DNA of 63,694 nt, the filler included, from Hyphochytrium catenoides (lineage: Eukaryota; Protista; Hyphochytriomycota), in the NCBI GenBank assembly GCA_900088475.1. It is 7 parts of 7 records of this genome, joined end to end, with 100 filler letters (N's around TTAATTAATTAA, not from the genome) between each part and the next. Parts side by side here need not be neighbours in the genome. Positions count along the whole stretch, not along the records: positions 1 to 19,095 come from FLMG01004547.1; 6 more parts are not named here. One strand, 5' to 3'. A program made the position numbers and the translations under genes. The notes under the pieces were generated by a model that was given only the letters and a program-made list of their open reading frames with translations, did no database searches and was not told the DNA's origin. Each line of letters opens with the position of its first letter. The stretch's first letter is position 1. This document shows positions 1-13,603 of this stretch, in pieces.

Positions 1-1069
1 TTTTGAGTAGCTTGTGAGGCAGTTTTGAGGGGAGAGCCCGTTTACAGTGTGATAGAGCCTCGGTGGGCGGCATCAAGAATCAGCAGCAGTAGTTAGGAGG
101 GAGAAGACGCTTCTTCTTGTCTTCGCCATCTATTATAATGATAAAATGCAAAGTAGCCGCGACTTAGCACTACCCCTTCATTCAGGTTCTTCAAGGCAGG
201 GTTTATAACAAGATTTAAAGCAGAGGAAACATCATATCGTGTCCCCATAATGCTCAGATAATGAGGCTAAAGGTAGAGGAAGGGGAGGAGACACCAGGAA
301 GAAGAATAATGAACGCGGGTTAGGAATGAAGCAGAAGAAGCCAGCAGCAGCAGCTAGTAGGATAAATATGGCAGACTTCTTTCTTCTTCTCCCCGCGCTG
401 CTAGCAGACTTATCTATGCAAAAGAAAGCTCTTTTTCTGCACTCTTCGCAGGCTCCTCGTCGCGCAGTCGCCGCCACTCATCAGTGGTCGGCCCAAAGAA
501 TCAACAGCCTCAGGCTGTCCAGCCACCGAGTGGTGGTACGGTCCAACTGGAGTATCGAGTAGAACTCGTAGTAACTCTCCTACTACTAGCGTTCCCGTGG
601 TTAGGCTTACAAGTCTGTACGACTAGCAGTCTTCTGTTATATTAATTATAGCCAGCAGTAAAAGCTAGAAGCACGACGACTGGTGTGGGCTAGACGGACA
701 AAAAAAGAGAGAAGAGCAGCTCATGAAGCCCGGATGATTGTGTGACAAACAAGGCTTGCGACAGCACGGAAAACTGCTTGCTCGGTCTTCGCTCTTCGAA
801 TTGCTCTTCTCTATAGAACTTCTAACTAGCCATCTCTTGAACAGTCCACCTGTTTGTTAATTTTTTACTTTAAAAAAGGCATTTCTTTGCTAAGACTTCC
901 TACTACATCCTCGTCATCCATAAAAGGCTAGGCTTTATTTTTATTGTCAAACTAACTGTGTGCAATAATAATAGGACACATCGCCACAAATGAAGGGGAA
1001 GATTTCCTCACCGCTCACGCTGTTCAGGCAGTGTACAACACAGGACCACAGCTGTGGAAATGGTCCTGG

Positions 1070-1330
1070 AGCAAGGATATTTTGGATCCTACCGGCTGTA
1101 TTACTGGATAAAGAGGCTTTATACTATGTTTGTCATGAAATACCCACAGGGGGGACCCTTGATAGAAGCCACGAGTGGCGCAAAAGTGGGGAGGAAACTG
1201 GATCTTCCCGCGCGCCATGTCTGCGTGAAGAGAGACTGTCCATTCCCTCAGAAAGTTCTTTTTTATGGGCTCTATGTTAGAAGGAAGGAGGAGAGCGCTC
1301 TGGCACTGGCAGGATTGTCATTCTAGTTCA
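1070..1330 (+). pseudogene. Possible decayed Gypsy-type integrase zinc-binding (HHCC) remnant
   Basis: Two frames give 'EALYYVCHEIPTGG' and 'LRKFFFMGSMLEGRRRALWHWQDCH'. These resemble the consensus H-x-x-P-x-G-G-H ... L-x-x-x-F-Y-W-P-x-M ... CxxC. The segment is frameshifted and key residues are lost. Similarity judged by eye only. Confidence 0.25.
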
Positions 1331-4300
1331 TCTCTCTTCTTCCAGCAGAATCCAGAAGGAGCCAGAGCGTTCATGAAGCAAAGACAGACAGCAAATGTGC
1401 CCAAGCATGCCAAGCTAGCCTGTGTCCACTGTTATATAGTTCTGGGTCTGGGACTTAGCTTTTGGCCACAAGCATCTGAACTCCCTCTTGTCACATTACT
1501 CATCCTCCTCATCACAATCGGCATTCACCAACAACCCCATCAGAGGGGAGCCAAACCCTCGTCATCACAGTGGAAGCAAGCTCCAACGATCCTCAAGAAC
1601 ACGCAAAGAGCTACAAGGCTTTAGTGACCGTTACTAATGACATGTACGTACCTTCTGTCTGACAATTAGTGGGGAGATCTCTGTATGTAGTACGGTTAGT
1701 ATTAACCCTAGGTTACCTCTTACACTCAATGATCGTTCTTTGCAAGCCCCTTGTTCTTCTGTTCTCCGCTTCTCCATCACCCCTGTTCCTGCACAGACCC
1801 TTTCAGTGGAGCTATTGGCTGGTCAGCGGCTTCCACAAGGTGACAAAGGGTTCAATTTCTAGCGCCATTCTACTATTTGGGACAAAGGCTGGAGAAGAAC
1901 TATCAGGAGGACTTCTGCAGCTTGCGCTTATCCACATAAGGCTTCCCCTAGTTCTATTATATGGTAGTTAAAACCTTAGAACCCTTTATATTTGCTTCCT
2001 TCATGTCCAGCGTTGTGGCCACCGCGACATACTGTCACCAGCTGGTGAGGAATAAATAATGCTGGCACACGAACAGCTACACGAACCCCACAAGTGTTCC
2101 TCCCTTTCTTCTCCTTCCTACGAGTAGGACGACGCCAGCAGGCATCGCCCCCACCACACCTCTTGGACAAACTCACGTCCCTCTGGACCTTATAGAACTA
2201 CAAGCACGAGTGGGTTATGATAGCTCTTCAACCTCGTTGTACTTCACTGATGAAAGGAATTGCCAACAAAGGGTCTTCTCCCGTCATTGGAACGTCCCAG
2301 TACGCTGGTAGCTCAAGCCTGGAGTATAATGTATGGACAATGTGGGCGAGCACACCCTTTTTGTAAGATTCAATGCGTCAGTTTCCCTAGGAATATGAAT
2401 AGACTAGGAAATCAGATAGTTCTTATAGCCTATACTCGTGACAGGCCAACTCGCTTGCGAGCCATGTCCAGAGCTTGAGTCGATGTGCGATTGTTCAATC
2501 CCTTCGTGTTCACTGTTTCCTTCATTTACCTCTGGTGCCAGCAAGAAGGTTGGTGCTGGGCCCTTGCCTCTTGGTGAACTAAAGGGCTCCCTCCTCTTTA
2601 TTACTAGGCAATTTTAGACATTGTGTGAGGCCGTGGGAGTCCCTCTCCAGCCATGCTAAAACCTCTTTAACAGTCAATAGAAGTGCGGTAGCTCTTCCTT
2701 GTCCTGCCTTTGAATATTCCTTTCATAAGAGTTTAGAGTTACCTGGCTGCTTAAGGTCATAGCTCTTGGGCCGCTTGCTGCTACCTAAGCACGCTCTAAG
2801 GCTCCACCACGTACCCACCTTCTTTCCTCATATTGCCTGTCTGTCACCAGCTGCTGGACTTCACCGATGGCTACACTGCGGCTCCTCACAGCCCCTCTCC
2901 CATCCCCCACCCCCCCTCCCTGTCCTCACCGACTTTTTTGGATGATGCATGCAAGGGAAGGGGCGGGATCGAGCTTAGAGGAACGTGGCGCAATAGACAG
3001 AAAGAGACGACGCGGTACAAGTTGGATTGGGGTCAGTGAGCTAAGGTGAGCGATAAGCTCTTCCTTTCCTTAATTAAGTTCCGACCCAACAGCGACAAAG
3101 CTCTAAGAAGAACCTCCTCAAGCCACCTCCTTGCCCTATGTCCCTCTTCTTGATGTTGATGCCAAGCCGCATGGAGAGATAGTGGCAGCGGGCAGGGGGA
3201 ATCTTTCCATCCCTACTACTTGGCTCTTATGTGGAGTGGATGACAGCTCTTGAACAGTTGAACATAGAGATAATCAAAGAATTTAAATAGTAGACAGGCG
3301 CGATAGAGGATAGACTAGTTACTGGCTCATGAATTAGGAAGTGAAAGAGGTGGTGAGATCTGGTTGATGAGCTCCACAGCTCCACTACTCGTCATGACAG
3401 ACTAGGCCAGCAGTAATAATAATAGCTCTGCCCCTGATCTTTATAAAAAAACACTTGCTGCCAGCGCTGAACAATCCTCCTCAAACCCTCGTCCCTCATC
3501 GCAGCAGCGCCGCACACGCATTGATCCCTCGTCTTCCCTCTCACGGAATGTGACTCGTCATTGGCGCTGGCAGCCAGCCTCCTTCCCGTGACCTCTCATC
3601 TCTTTTTCCCGGATACTCCTCCGCTGCTAGCTCTACTCCCTCTCTCATCACGGTCCGCAACAACGCAGCAGCTCCTCCCACCGGCGCAGTTCTCTTCACC
3701 AAGAGAGTCGTCAGCAGCTTGGTGCTGGGGCCTCTTGCGCTCTAGAAAAGAGTAACAACAAGACCCCCATCTCTTTTTTCCAAGTTTGGTTTGCCTCTCT
3801 CTCTCTTCCCTTACTCCTACTTTCCTCGGTTTGCTGTCTTTCACCCGCCAGCTGGGGTCTCAGGCAAGTAATCCCGCGGGTGGACACCGTCGTTCTCCCT
3901 CAGCAGACGAGGAAAAAGATGGCAGAGACCAGATCACGGTTCTCAAAGGTTGGTGACATTATTATCTGACCTACGTGAAGATATAGAGATCTACTGTTGT
4001 CTACTAGCATTCAATAGTCAACCAGAGTCAAGTCAATTGGACGAGATGTGTGGCGCTGACTCGGCAGCCTTGGAGAAATAGACTATCTACGTTACTTCTT
4101 CTGCTATTGTCAAGAGGAGGTAGCGAAGCATACAAAGGAGGAAAAAGCAGCAACAGTAACAAAGAGGTTGGCCCTTTAGATGAGAGAAGGAGCGGCAGAT
4201 AACGTAGAGGAGCTGTGAAGAAGATAGAGGAACGCGTCTTAAGAGAGAGAAAAAGAGCGAAGGGCCTTTAAAAGGCGGGAACGACAACGCCTGCCAATGA

Positions 4301-4729
4301 ACCTGCAGGCGGACGGCCCTGTCACAGCAGAAGCCGGAGCAGTAGCCTAAACCCTGCGACCCCAAATAGCTGACTCCGCTCTTATGTAAGATGCTAGCTA
4401 GTGGTGGACAGTGCGGACGATTGCCAACAGGGAAAAGAAGGAAAAAAAGAAGTCCAATCATACAAAGGTAAAAAGGATCCGTCAGCAAGCGAACGGTGAA
4501 GGTTTAGAGATTGGTTCTCTCCCCTCTTCGACTGCTTGGACGCTGCAGCAGAGAGGCAGGCTATCTGGCGGCTGCACAGACTGAAGAAAGGCTACGGACA
4601 GACACCGTCATTGGGTTGTTTTGACCAAGCAGTCGCATAACACCTCGACTGAAATCAGCGAGAGGATCTCAAAAAGGGCAGGACTCTCAACCTGGCCCTG
4701 CTGAGAGGAAGCTATCAATAGGCCTGACA

Positions 4730-7000
4730 ATGCATTATCATAGCAGATGGTTGGCACACAGGGGTGCAGACGATGACGAGCAGCAAGAGAATCAAAGAAC
4801 AGAGCTTGAAAGGAAGCCAAGCGAGCGGCTGCTCTGTGCTGTCCCCAAATGCCGACGGTACGGCAAGGTTGGAGGGATGTGCCTCACTCATAAGGCAGAA
4901 GGAGAAGAACAAGAAGAGGCCATACGCGTGCAAGGCGGTCAAGAAAGCGCGACTTATTTTTCTTCGTTGGAAACGTCTTCCATTACCCAGTCTCCGTCTA
5001 TGGCAAGATCTGGTCCTTCAGAAAAACAAAAGGCAGGAAGATACTCTCGTCATCATCTGGCTACTTTGCATCACGCTCCTCCTCATTACTACGGAGATTA
5101 TGCCTATGAGGAAGAAGCGCCGCCCCCATCTCTTGCTGTCCGCTACCCTCCTCCTCCATCTAGCAGCTATGCGGCCACGTTCGGCCCGTCACCATCTTCG
5201 GCAACCTCTCACCGTCTGGACGCCCAGAAGAAGAAAAGAGAAGAAGGAACTGGAAGGCCGGTGGCAAGGCGTACTCCTTCGGGTATTGTTAATCATCGGG
5301 AGGACATGCTTCGTAGTAGAGACTTTTTGGATTCTTCTCTTCCTCCTCCAGGACCGTCATCGGCGTTGGACGAGATCAGTGACATACCGAGTAGGTACAT
5401 TATGGGAGGTAGAGGAGGTCAGAGATACTGGCGACCTGCCGCGGCAGGGAAGAAGGCGAAAGAAGTAATATCTGGGCCAGCCTTTCTACCCGGGACAAGT
5501 CCTTCCCCATCTGCAGCAGATTCTCCTCCGTTCACTCCGTACGTGGTGAGTCGCAGAGCAGCTGCTTGGTCGTCACGTTCTTCTCATTCGACCTCCGGAG
5601 GGACAGACCGATACTATTCGTTAGATGAGGAAAGAAGGGTCCACACAGAACCGCAAAACTATCGGTCAGTTAAGCCGCCCTCTCCTGTACCTCAATCGTC
5701 ATTTGCCTATCTAGACGCTACCGGGCTCCAACCGCCAGCGAGGATAAACCAGAATGAAGCGGAATGGGCATCAAAGAGCTCTCATCGCTGGTTACCGCTG
5801 AGGGACGAAGAGGTAAGTCGTAAAATAGAGATCAAAAGTAGGAGCGCGAAGAGAGAGACGAGAGAAGAGGGCTAGGGAGAGAAGAGGGCTAGGGAGAGAA
5901 GAGAGCAGACAACAAAACGAGCCACGTGGCAGTGAGCGTGATGCTTCTCAGCAGGGAGACGTCTGAAGAAAGAAAGCGGGATAAAAAGAGTCGTGCTGAG
6001 AAGGGAGACGTAGTAGTTGACGATAAAGAGAAACTGACCTCTTTAGAACAAAGAAGTGGAGAGAAGGTATTGACCTATCTCTTTCTCTGCTTCTCCCCTT
6101 CCTCTCTTCAGGGGATCATGTCTGCGGACGAGCTGTATTACGCTCCAACGATGGAGGAAGAAGATGTATACGGCCGGAGACGACTGGGGTCTGATCGCTC
6201 CTGGGATGAAGGAAGAATGGGCAGCAGAGGACTGGCGACGGGCGGCAGCGAGACGGACTACGACAAGCACGGCAGGAGAAGAAAGCCGACCAAGTGGCCT
6301 AGAAGACCTCTCTGTGCCGTCGAAGGCTGTTATAACATCTCGAAGACAAGGTACAGTCTCCTTGCTCTATCTAGAGCCTTTTGGAAAGGACGCTTTGCCT
6401 CTCCTTCTCTCTCTGTCTGTCTCCCTTTTCTTAGCCCTCTGGCTCTCTTTTTTCACCCTCTTGCCTTCAGTGAGCCCTCTGCAGGAGTCGTAGAGCACTG
6501 ATGTACGCAGGTCGGTGTCTGACACTGTTGTTTCGTCTTTCCTTGTTCTTTTCAGGGGCTTATGCAAGCGTCATGGCGGAGGAGAGAGATGCCGGTATCC
6601 TGGCTGCAAGAACAGCGCTAAGAAGGGTGGCAGATGCATTAGACATGGTGGAGGTCAGTGCAGAATTGAAGGGTGCATCACAGGCGCCAGGCCAGGTGGT
6701 CTATGTGCCTTTCATGCCAGGGAAGAGAGAGAGAGGAAGGAAGAGGAAGAGAAGAAAAAGAAGGAAGAGACACCGGCATTTATCACTGGAGGAGAAGAGA
6801 CCAGGGACGAAGAGGACAGGGTCGAAGAAGAGGAGCAAGAGGCAAAGAAGAATGAGCCATATAAGAGCGATGATCTCGAGGAAGAGAGAGGGACAGCAAG
6901 CAGTAGAAGAAGCAGTGACAGCAGTGTTACTAGTGCTAGTACTGGCAACAGCAGTAGTGAAGAGAAAGAAGAAGAAGTCATAAAAACCCAAGAAAGCTGA
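4730..7000 (+). CDS. WRKY19-like Cx4Cx9Cx2H zinc-finger repeat protein (4 fingers, long S/P/R/Y-rich linker); true start uncertain
   Basis: Exons 4730-5812, 6112-6350 and 6556-7000 are joined by phase-compatible GT-AG introns 5813-6111 and 6351-6555. Fingers: CAVPKCRRYGKVGGMCLTH, CAVEGCYNISKTR|GLCKRH, CRYPGCKNSAKKGGRCIRH and CRIEGCITGARPGGLCAFH. A branch-like CTGAC and AGs near 4724-4761 suggest further upstream exons. Confidence 0.8.
5861..5903 (+). repeat. 17-bp tandem repeat (about 2.5 copies) inside intron 1 of the zinc-finger gene
   Basis: AGAGAAGAGGGCTAGGG occurs twice, followed by AGAGAAGAG. Confidence 0.85.
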
Positions 7001-10000
7001 AGTCTTGCTTGCTCTCTCTATGTTCGCGCGTGCCTGTATCTGAGAATGAGGGAGAAGGCAGGGACGACTATAGAGTTGGGATGTCCTTCATACGTGTCTC
7101 TTTGCTTTACTCAGGAAACGCCAGTACAGTGGAAGATAGGTAGAGAGAACAACATCCAAATTCCGACTCTCTCTCTCTCTCCTCCTCCTGCTTAGACATT
7201 AAGAAAGGTGTTAGAATGGCTTCTAATAGATGGAGGGAGCACGTGTGTAAAGATAGAGAGAAGCAGCACAGAGAGAGAGAGAGCATGACCTTGACTCTTC
7301 CTGCTGCGCCGACTAGGTGCAGTCAGCTGGGGCCCCACTTTCCGTTGCCGCTGTGTCTAAGTCTGGGTAGGCGGCAGAGGCTGAGGCAGACCGAGCAAAT
7401 CTGAGACTGAGGCGCGAGGTCAGTCCCATCCTCTACTCGCGCCAGGAAAACCTAATATCCCCCACGGATATTCAACCTGTACGTCCCAAAAAGAGGTTCG
7501 ATAAGAGGTAAATAGGCGAGATGCCCTGCCTCATGAAAGGCAAGGGAGGACCAATAATGCAATGCAACACGACTTTGGGAGCCGGCGAAGGTTTTGTTGA
7601 CACATTTTCGTTGAGGCAAGCTAGACAAGAGTCCTTTAGGGGTTGCAAAGGGAAGTAAGGCAGCCTGAGTAACAAAGTATAACAAGGGAGGAACCGAGAG
7701 AGGCACAAAAAGAGAGAGAGAGAAACGTGGCAGGAGCGAAAGAGAGAGAGAGAGAGAAAGGGAGAGGTCATACGGATTCAGGTGGCAGGGAGAAAGAGAG
7801 AGAGGTCGGTGGCACAGAGAGAGAGAGATAGCCGGAGAGAAATGGTAGTAGTACTTGGTGATGGAAGAGAGCTCTGCCAGAGAGATGGAATGAGCGACGT
7901 GAGGAGATGAGTCGAAGGTAACAGTGGTCGACAATACTGGTGTCCACGAGAGAGGAAGAGTCAAATGTCTGTGGGATATTAGGTCTTCTGAGGCGCGGCT
8001 AAAGGATAACTAGAGGCAAACATGCTCTGTCGGCCCCAGGCTCTGGCTCCCGCTAACAAGCCAAAAGATAGCGGCAACGGACAAGAGAGGCAGACCACCT
8101 CGGAAGTGCCGCAGCGACATGTAAATTGCCACCTTGAGGAAGAATGTACCCAAGAAATGCTATGCGAGCGGACAGCTTCTTGGTGCGAGTGTCGGAATGT
8201 TAAAGGAGAAGCTATGGCAGGTTTGCTAAAACGCTTCTTGTCCCTTTCTTCGTCACTATTATATAGCCGGCGGAGGCTAACACATCCGCTCAGTCCTTCG
8301 GGAGCATTGTTGACAGAGACTGACTAACAAATAAAGCGTGCAGCTTGCCGCGACCCTGTCCAACAAAGAGAACCAATAAGATGGTGGTGGACAGTGACCA
8401 TTTAGAAATGACAAGAAAAATATGGCGCCAAGCTGAACATCTTGCTCTTAATAGCAGAAGGCTTCTGGGCCACTCAACGACGAACTTTCGGTGGGGAAAG
8501 GCAATTTATGGGTGAACGGATTCCCACAAAGTAGGAGAGGCACAACATGTTGTTCGAAAACACGGTGGTAGAAGGAGACCGCGGTAGTTGTTTGGGGCGG
8601 CGGAATGTATGCGGTGAGTGTGGACCATAAAATAAAATGAAGTCATGGGGAGAAGAAGAATAGTGTCGCAGCTCCTGTTTGTACCTCTTCAACAACAAAA
8701 CCAGAGAAACCAGCACCCTATAGTGCCGTGGTACCATTGTCTGCATCAGTACCATTAACCGCCCCGCTTGCTGAGCGAGCGAGGTGGCTTGGTGTTGACA
8801 GTTGCTGCTGCATGAGCAACGGCGCAGGCGACCGAGAGATGCAGCATTAAGACAAGCATTGGTGATGATAGTAACCATAGTTGGGGCAGCTGTCATGGAA
8901 TTCCTTGCTGACTGAGATGATGGTCCTGTCCTCTTGGACAGCACCGAAGCTCAGCAAAGTGATCAAGAGAGAGGCCTCTATTTCTCCCGGTCCATCGGTC
9001 TCTATACTCCTCCTGCTGCTTCTCCAGCTGTCTCTTCCTCTCGCCTCTTTGGTGTGCTTTTCCTTACCCCAACCTTCTCTTCTCTTTGTGTCGCCACCAA
9101 GAAGCACGTCAATCTATTATTGTGGTTGACTTCTACCCATCATCCCTTGGTGCGCTCTCCAAGCTTGACGGGAGCCATAGAGAAGAGAAGGTTCAGAAAA
9201 AGGGAAGGCTGAGTTAGGGAGGTGCCTCTAACTGCCCTGCCTCGTTGATTAGTATACTCTTAGATTATACGTTTGTCTGTTGGACCTAAGTCTCCGACTG
9301 TCTTTCTTTCCTTACCTTCTTCCTTCTCCACAGATCTTCTGGGAGACAGGCAATTCAACAGCATCGCGACCGATACACTGCCACTCACCTAGTGGCCACG
9401 TTCTTCCCCCGCACCGTCGGGGATCCTGGCGCAGCAGTATTGCCTCCTTGGCATGTGGAGAGTGCTCCACTTTCTCCTCGTCCCGGAAACGTTGACAGCA
9501 GTGAGTGGTAATTTCCTCCCACTTCCTGTCGCATTGCTGACCGGGACCGAATGGTAGTGACACAGCTCATGATGATGGCAAGGATCAATGCTTTTTATCT
9601 GACTCCTTCTCCTCAACGAGTCCAGAAAGAGGTCACGAAGACGTAGTAAGGTGACGAAGCTTTGAATGTGATTGCACATAGCACAGGGAGACAAGGGCAC
9701 TACCCAGGAGTGACAGCCGCCGTAGGTTAGTAGATGGGGAACAAATAAACGTCAGCACCGCCAACCAGGACATCGGGACACGAGAAGAGAGAAGCCTGGA
9801 GACGCCACGGTGCAGGACGAAAGGCCGAAGGGCTTTCTATTAATCGTTATACACCCGTCGTCCTGGTCTCTGAAGCTCGGTATCAAAAAAAGAAACAGCG
9901 GCTGCGGCAGCTAGCAGCAGGCACGCATAAGGAAACAACGAAAGTATGAAGGTTGATCGCCGAGCAAAGACGGGGAGTGGAGAAGAGAGGAGAGGAAAGA

Positions 10001-13000
10001 CAAGTGGCGATAATCGCGCTCCTCCGTCGCTCTCCCCGACGCACAGGCCCCTGCGGCCCCTCAGCCTAATAGTACGAGCAGTCTAAAGCCGAAAAGTCTC
10101 AATCAATCCTTGACAATAGTACCTACCCATAATATTGATAGAAAAAAGTATGGGCGGCACATCGCTGCAGGTTGAACCTTCTCATGGTCAGCAGAGAAGG
10201 ACACGACCCACGTCATGAGAAGAGTTCATCACCTCGCTTGCGGTCAGGATAAGGCCAACCTGGTAAAAGAGGATGAGGAACCAGCAGCAGACGTCGCAAG
10301 GAGGGCGGCGCCTGAGAAGATGTAGTTCTAGTTGTCAGGGAGAAGGGCTGCTTTGTCAAGCCCCGCTCTTTCGTCAAGGCTCCGTCTTATGATACGCATT
10401 AAGAAGGAAGGAGACGCGGAAGCCAGATGAGGCACAGTGATGCAATGCAGCCACAATCCGTGGCCCAAGATGGAAAAGCGAGTTTGAAGCAGCAGCAGCA
10501 GTAACACACCAACAAGCTGTTTATTAGAGGGAATGATCAACAAAGACAAAACAAGGGATGATGTAGAAACAAACAGGAAGGAGAAGGGTTGGAAGAAAGA
10601 AGGCTGCAGCTGCGTTCTCATGCTCGACAGTCAACAAGAGAAAGCAAGAACACCCTACAAGTACTACTTCTCTAGAAGAGGAAGAAGGGTTTGTTTAGCC
10701 GTCCAGGTGCAGGAAGAAAGCGAGAAGCCAAAGAGCCAAACAAGCACTGATGCTAGAGCTCCCATAGCAAATTCATGAAGGCATGGACCCACCACGGACG
10801 GCCCCAGCCAATGTCTTAGAAGGCCAATAAGCCTCGGGCCTGCTCAGGATAATAACGCTTCTAACCATTCGTTCCCTACCTAGACACTGGCGATGCCACT
10901 TGAACAACGATGACAGGAGGAAAGCAGGAAACAAGGAAGAACCAAGTTCCTCACAGAGTCAACCGCACCAAGAACATTGCTGCATCTTTTTTATAGTTAA
11001 TGTTGTCGTAGAAAAAAGAAGTGTGTTTCCTGTATCTTTTTGTTTATAGACGAAGGAGGGATCCGCAGCGCCGCCAGCTGTGGGGTGGATGGGGCTTCTG
11101 ACTGCTGAGCCGAGGGGAGGAGGTCATGTCTCAGGATCTCATGGAGAGGGAAGGCAGCCCTGTGACTTCTTTAGAGTTCGAAGCAGGGAAAAACTCGTGG
11201 TCATCTTCTATGGCAAGACGGAAGAAGTTTAGGGCAAACGCCTGGCGGTGTCTGTCACGCTCACATTCCACAAAAAAAAAGTCATCCTCACTCCTCCATC
11301 AGGCAGCGGAGGAAAGAGGAGTATGAGCTGAGCAGCAGTCAACAGCCAGTTAGTAGGAGTTATTAGGAGGATGTAAGGGAAGAGGGAAGGGAACAGCATG
11401 GAGAGCGAGTGATGATCTCCTGCTGGTGTCTGTCTGTCTATCTCGAGCAAAGAACGCTCATCATCAGAGCTGACTGGAGAGGAGGAGGAGATCAGGAAGG
11501 GAACTAGATGACTGAACATGGTGCTTGTTATTAGCGGAGCCAGGACTGAAAGACAGAGGTGGACCTCTTTCTATGATGCCTGACTCACCAGGGAGCAGAC
11601 TGAGGAGAAGAAGACGAAGGGAGCAAAAAGAGCCCAGCGGACAAGAATCACGCAAAGAACAAGAGGCAGAGCTCCTCACCACCGAGAGCAGGACCGGCTT
11701 CCTTTGGTTCTTTTCCTAGTAAGAAGAATACGATGAAGCTAGCTGTTGTCTGTCCTTTCATGTTCCGCGCTGCCGCCGTCGTTAATAACTTTGCTGAGTT
11801 CTCGGGGTTTCTTTGGGCTTTTTTATAATAAGAAAGGTCAATGTAATGGGCAGCCAAGAGCTGCTATCATAGCGTTTCTCAGTCAGTCTATCACTTCGTA
11901 TTCCTAGGCCCCACTGAAGACTTGGACTAGCAGGAGGAGGAAGAAAATGAGAAGAAGACTCCATGCAACAGAAGAATGTCAGCGGGTGAGAGTTAGAGAA
12001 GAGTTAGAGCTATGTCAGCGGATTAGAAGAGTAGGAGAAGCAAGCCCTCACTCTGGAGGAAGGCGATGAGGTCACGGGAGAAATGATGAGATAGAAGAGA
12101 GGATAACCCTACGGTCTTTATGGATAAAAGGAAGACTCAGCGGTGACATCAGCCGCAAAGAGCGATAAAGATTCCTTGAGAGGACAGGACGGAGGCAGAG
12201 GGGAGGTCGTAGCGACGTCTTCGGTGAAGACAGGACCGCTTGCTGCAGACGGCAAAGACTACCTTTCCTTCTTGTTGAGCTCTTACAGCCTACAGGTAAA
12301 CAGGAGCTAGAGAGATTAAGCCAGCGGAGAGTGCAGCGCTACTCTCTTTTTTTGCTCTCTCTCTCTCTCTCTCTTCTTCTGCCTTCGTTGTCACCTTTAC
12401 CTCTACTTTCTAGCAGTGAAGGAGAAGCACGTGTTGAGGTTTGCCAAGGTGGAAGAATAGTCCAAGAATGGATACTAGGAACAGTAAGCATCATGAGAAG
12501 AGGAGACAAAGAAGGAATAAATGCACGGGCATCATTCTTCTTTGTCCGTCTAACGCTTTGCGGCGCACATAGGACGAGGGCGGCTGCCGCTGCTGCTGCC
12601 CTGATTGCCTTTCTGCTATTTACTTTCGACTCTATGTCGTCCTTCTCTGACTTTTAATCTCTCACGATCTTCGCCTTCTTCGTCTCTCTCTCTTATTCTG
12701 ACCCTGCCGAAGAGGCCGTGCGATAAGGCAACAGGGAATGGGCAGCCGGGGAAGGACAGCACAGGACAAGGCAACGGAGGACAAGGGCAATGAATAGGAA
12801 GCTCACACCAACTCAATAATTGGGCGCTGGTGTATGTCAACGAGGAGAAAGCTCCTGTATCAGTTGTCCCTCGGTTGCTGGCTCCTGCCTCTTCCCCACT
12901 TTTACCGAACCTTCACGCCCAGAGTAGTTTTGCTCCTAACCGAATGTCAAGAAGAGACAGCTCCACACTTCTTAGGATGAAGTAAAAGCCGGAAGTACTA

Positions 13001-13603
13001 TCAAAGTCCACAAAGCTGTGGCGACCTTGCTCTACATCTATAGTATGATGGATCGCTCAAGTAACAAAGCCGGGATGTCGTTCTTGACGAACAAACCCGA
13101 AGCGAGTCACGTCTGATGAGTAGCATGAGGAGGTAGAAGCAAGTATAGAAGAGCTGAGAAAGTAAGGGAGAGGGAGAAAGGAACGGGTCCATACAGCTGC
13201 GAAAGAGAGGATAATTTGGAGAGAGACGATAGAGTTTGCGGTGCCCAGAAGAGAATGAAAAGATCTGTACCAGCTTATTCATTCATAGACACACGCTCCT
13301 TGTCTTCCATGCGGATCGCTGTCAAAGAGTTATGGGAAAGGATCTTGGTAAAGAGAAATAAAGAATGCCAAAGCTAGTTCGCTAACTGAAGCGAAGACCT
13401 CCTTGTGCCTGCTTTGGAGCTTGTCCTGGAGCGAGCACGGCCGTGGTTTGTCATAGACATAGAGGATATCATCAGGGAGGCCTCAAAGATGAGACAAAGA
13501 ATTTTTTAGAAGTAGCGAATGAAGAAGAAGAGCGCTAGTGCTTTGAAGTCAGTTGGGACAGACGCTGGCTTTAGATACGTATATATGTACATCCACCCTG
13601 CAT

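Noticed and set aside
4764-5468. 234-aa overlapping ORF in an alternative frame of zinc-finger gene 1 (dual coding)
   Set aside because: Its L/R-rich composition is what a shifted reading of a P/S-rich exon produces. It has no motif and no independent support.
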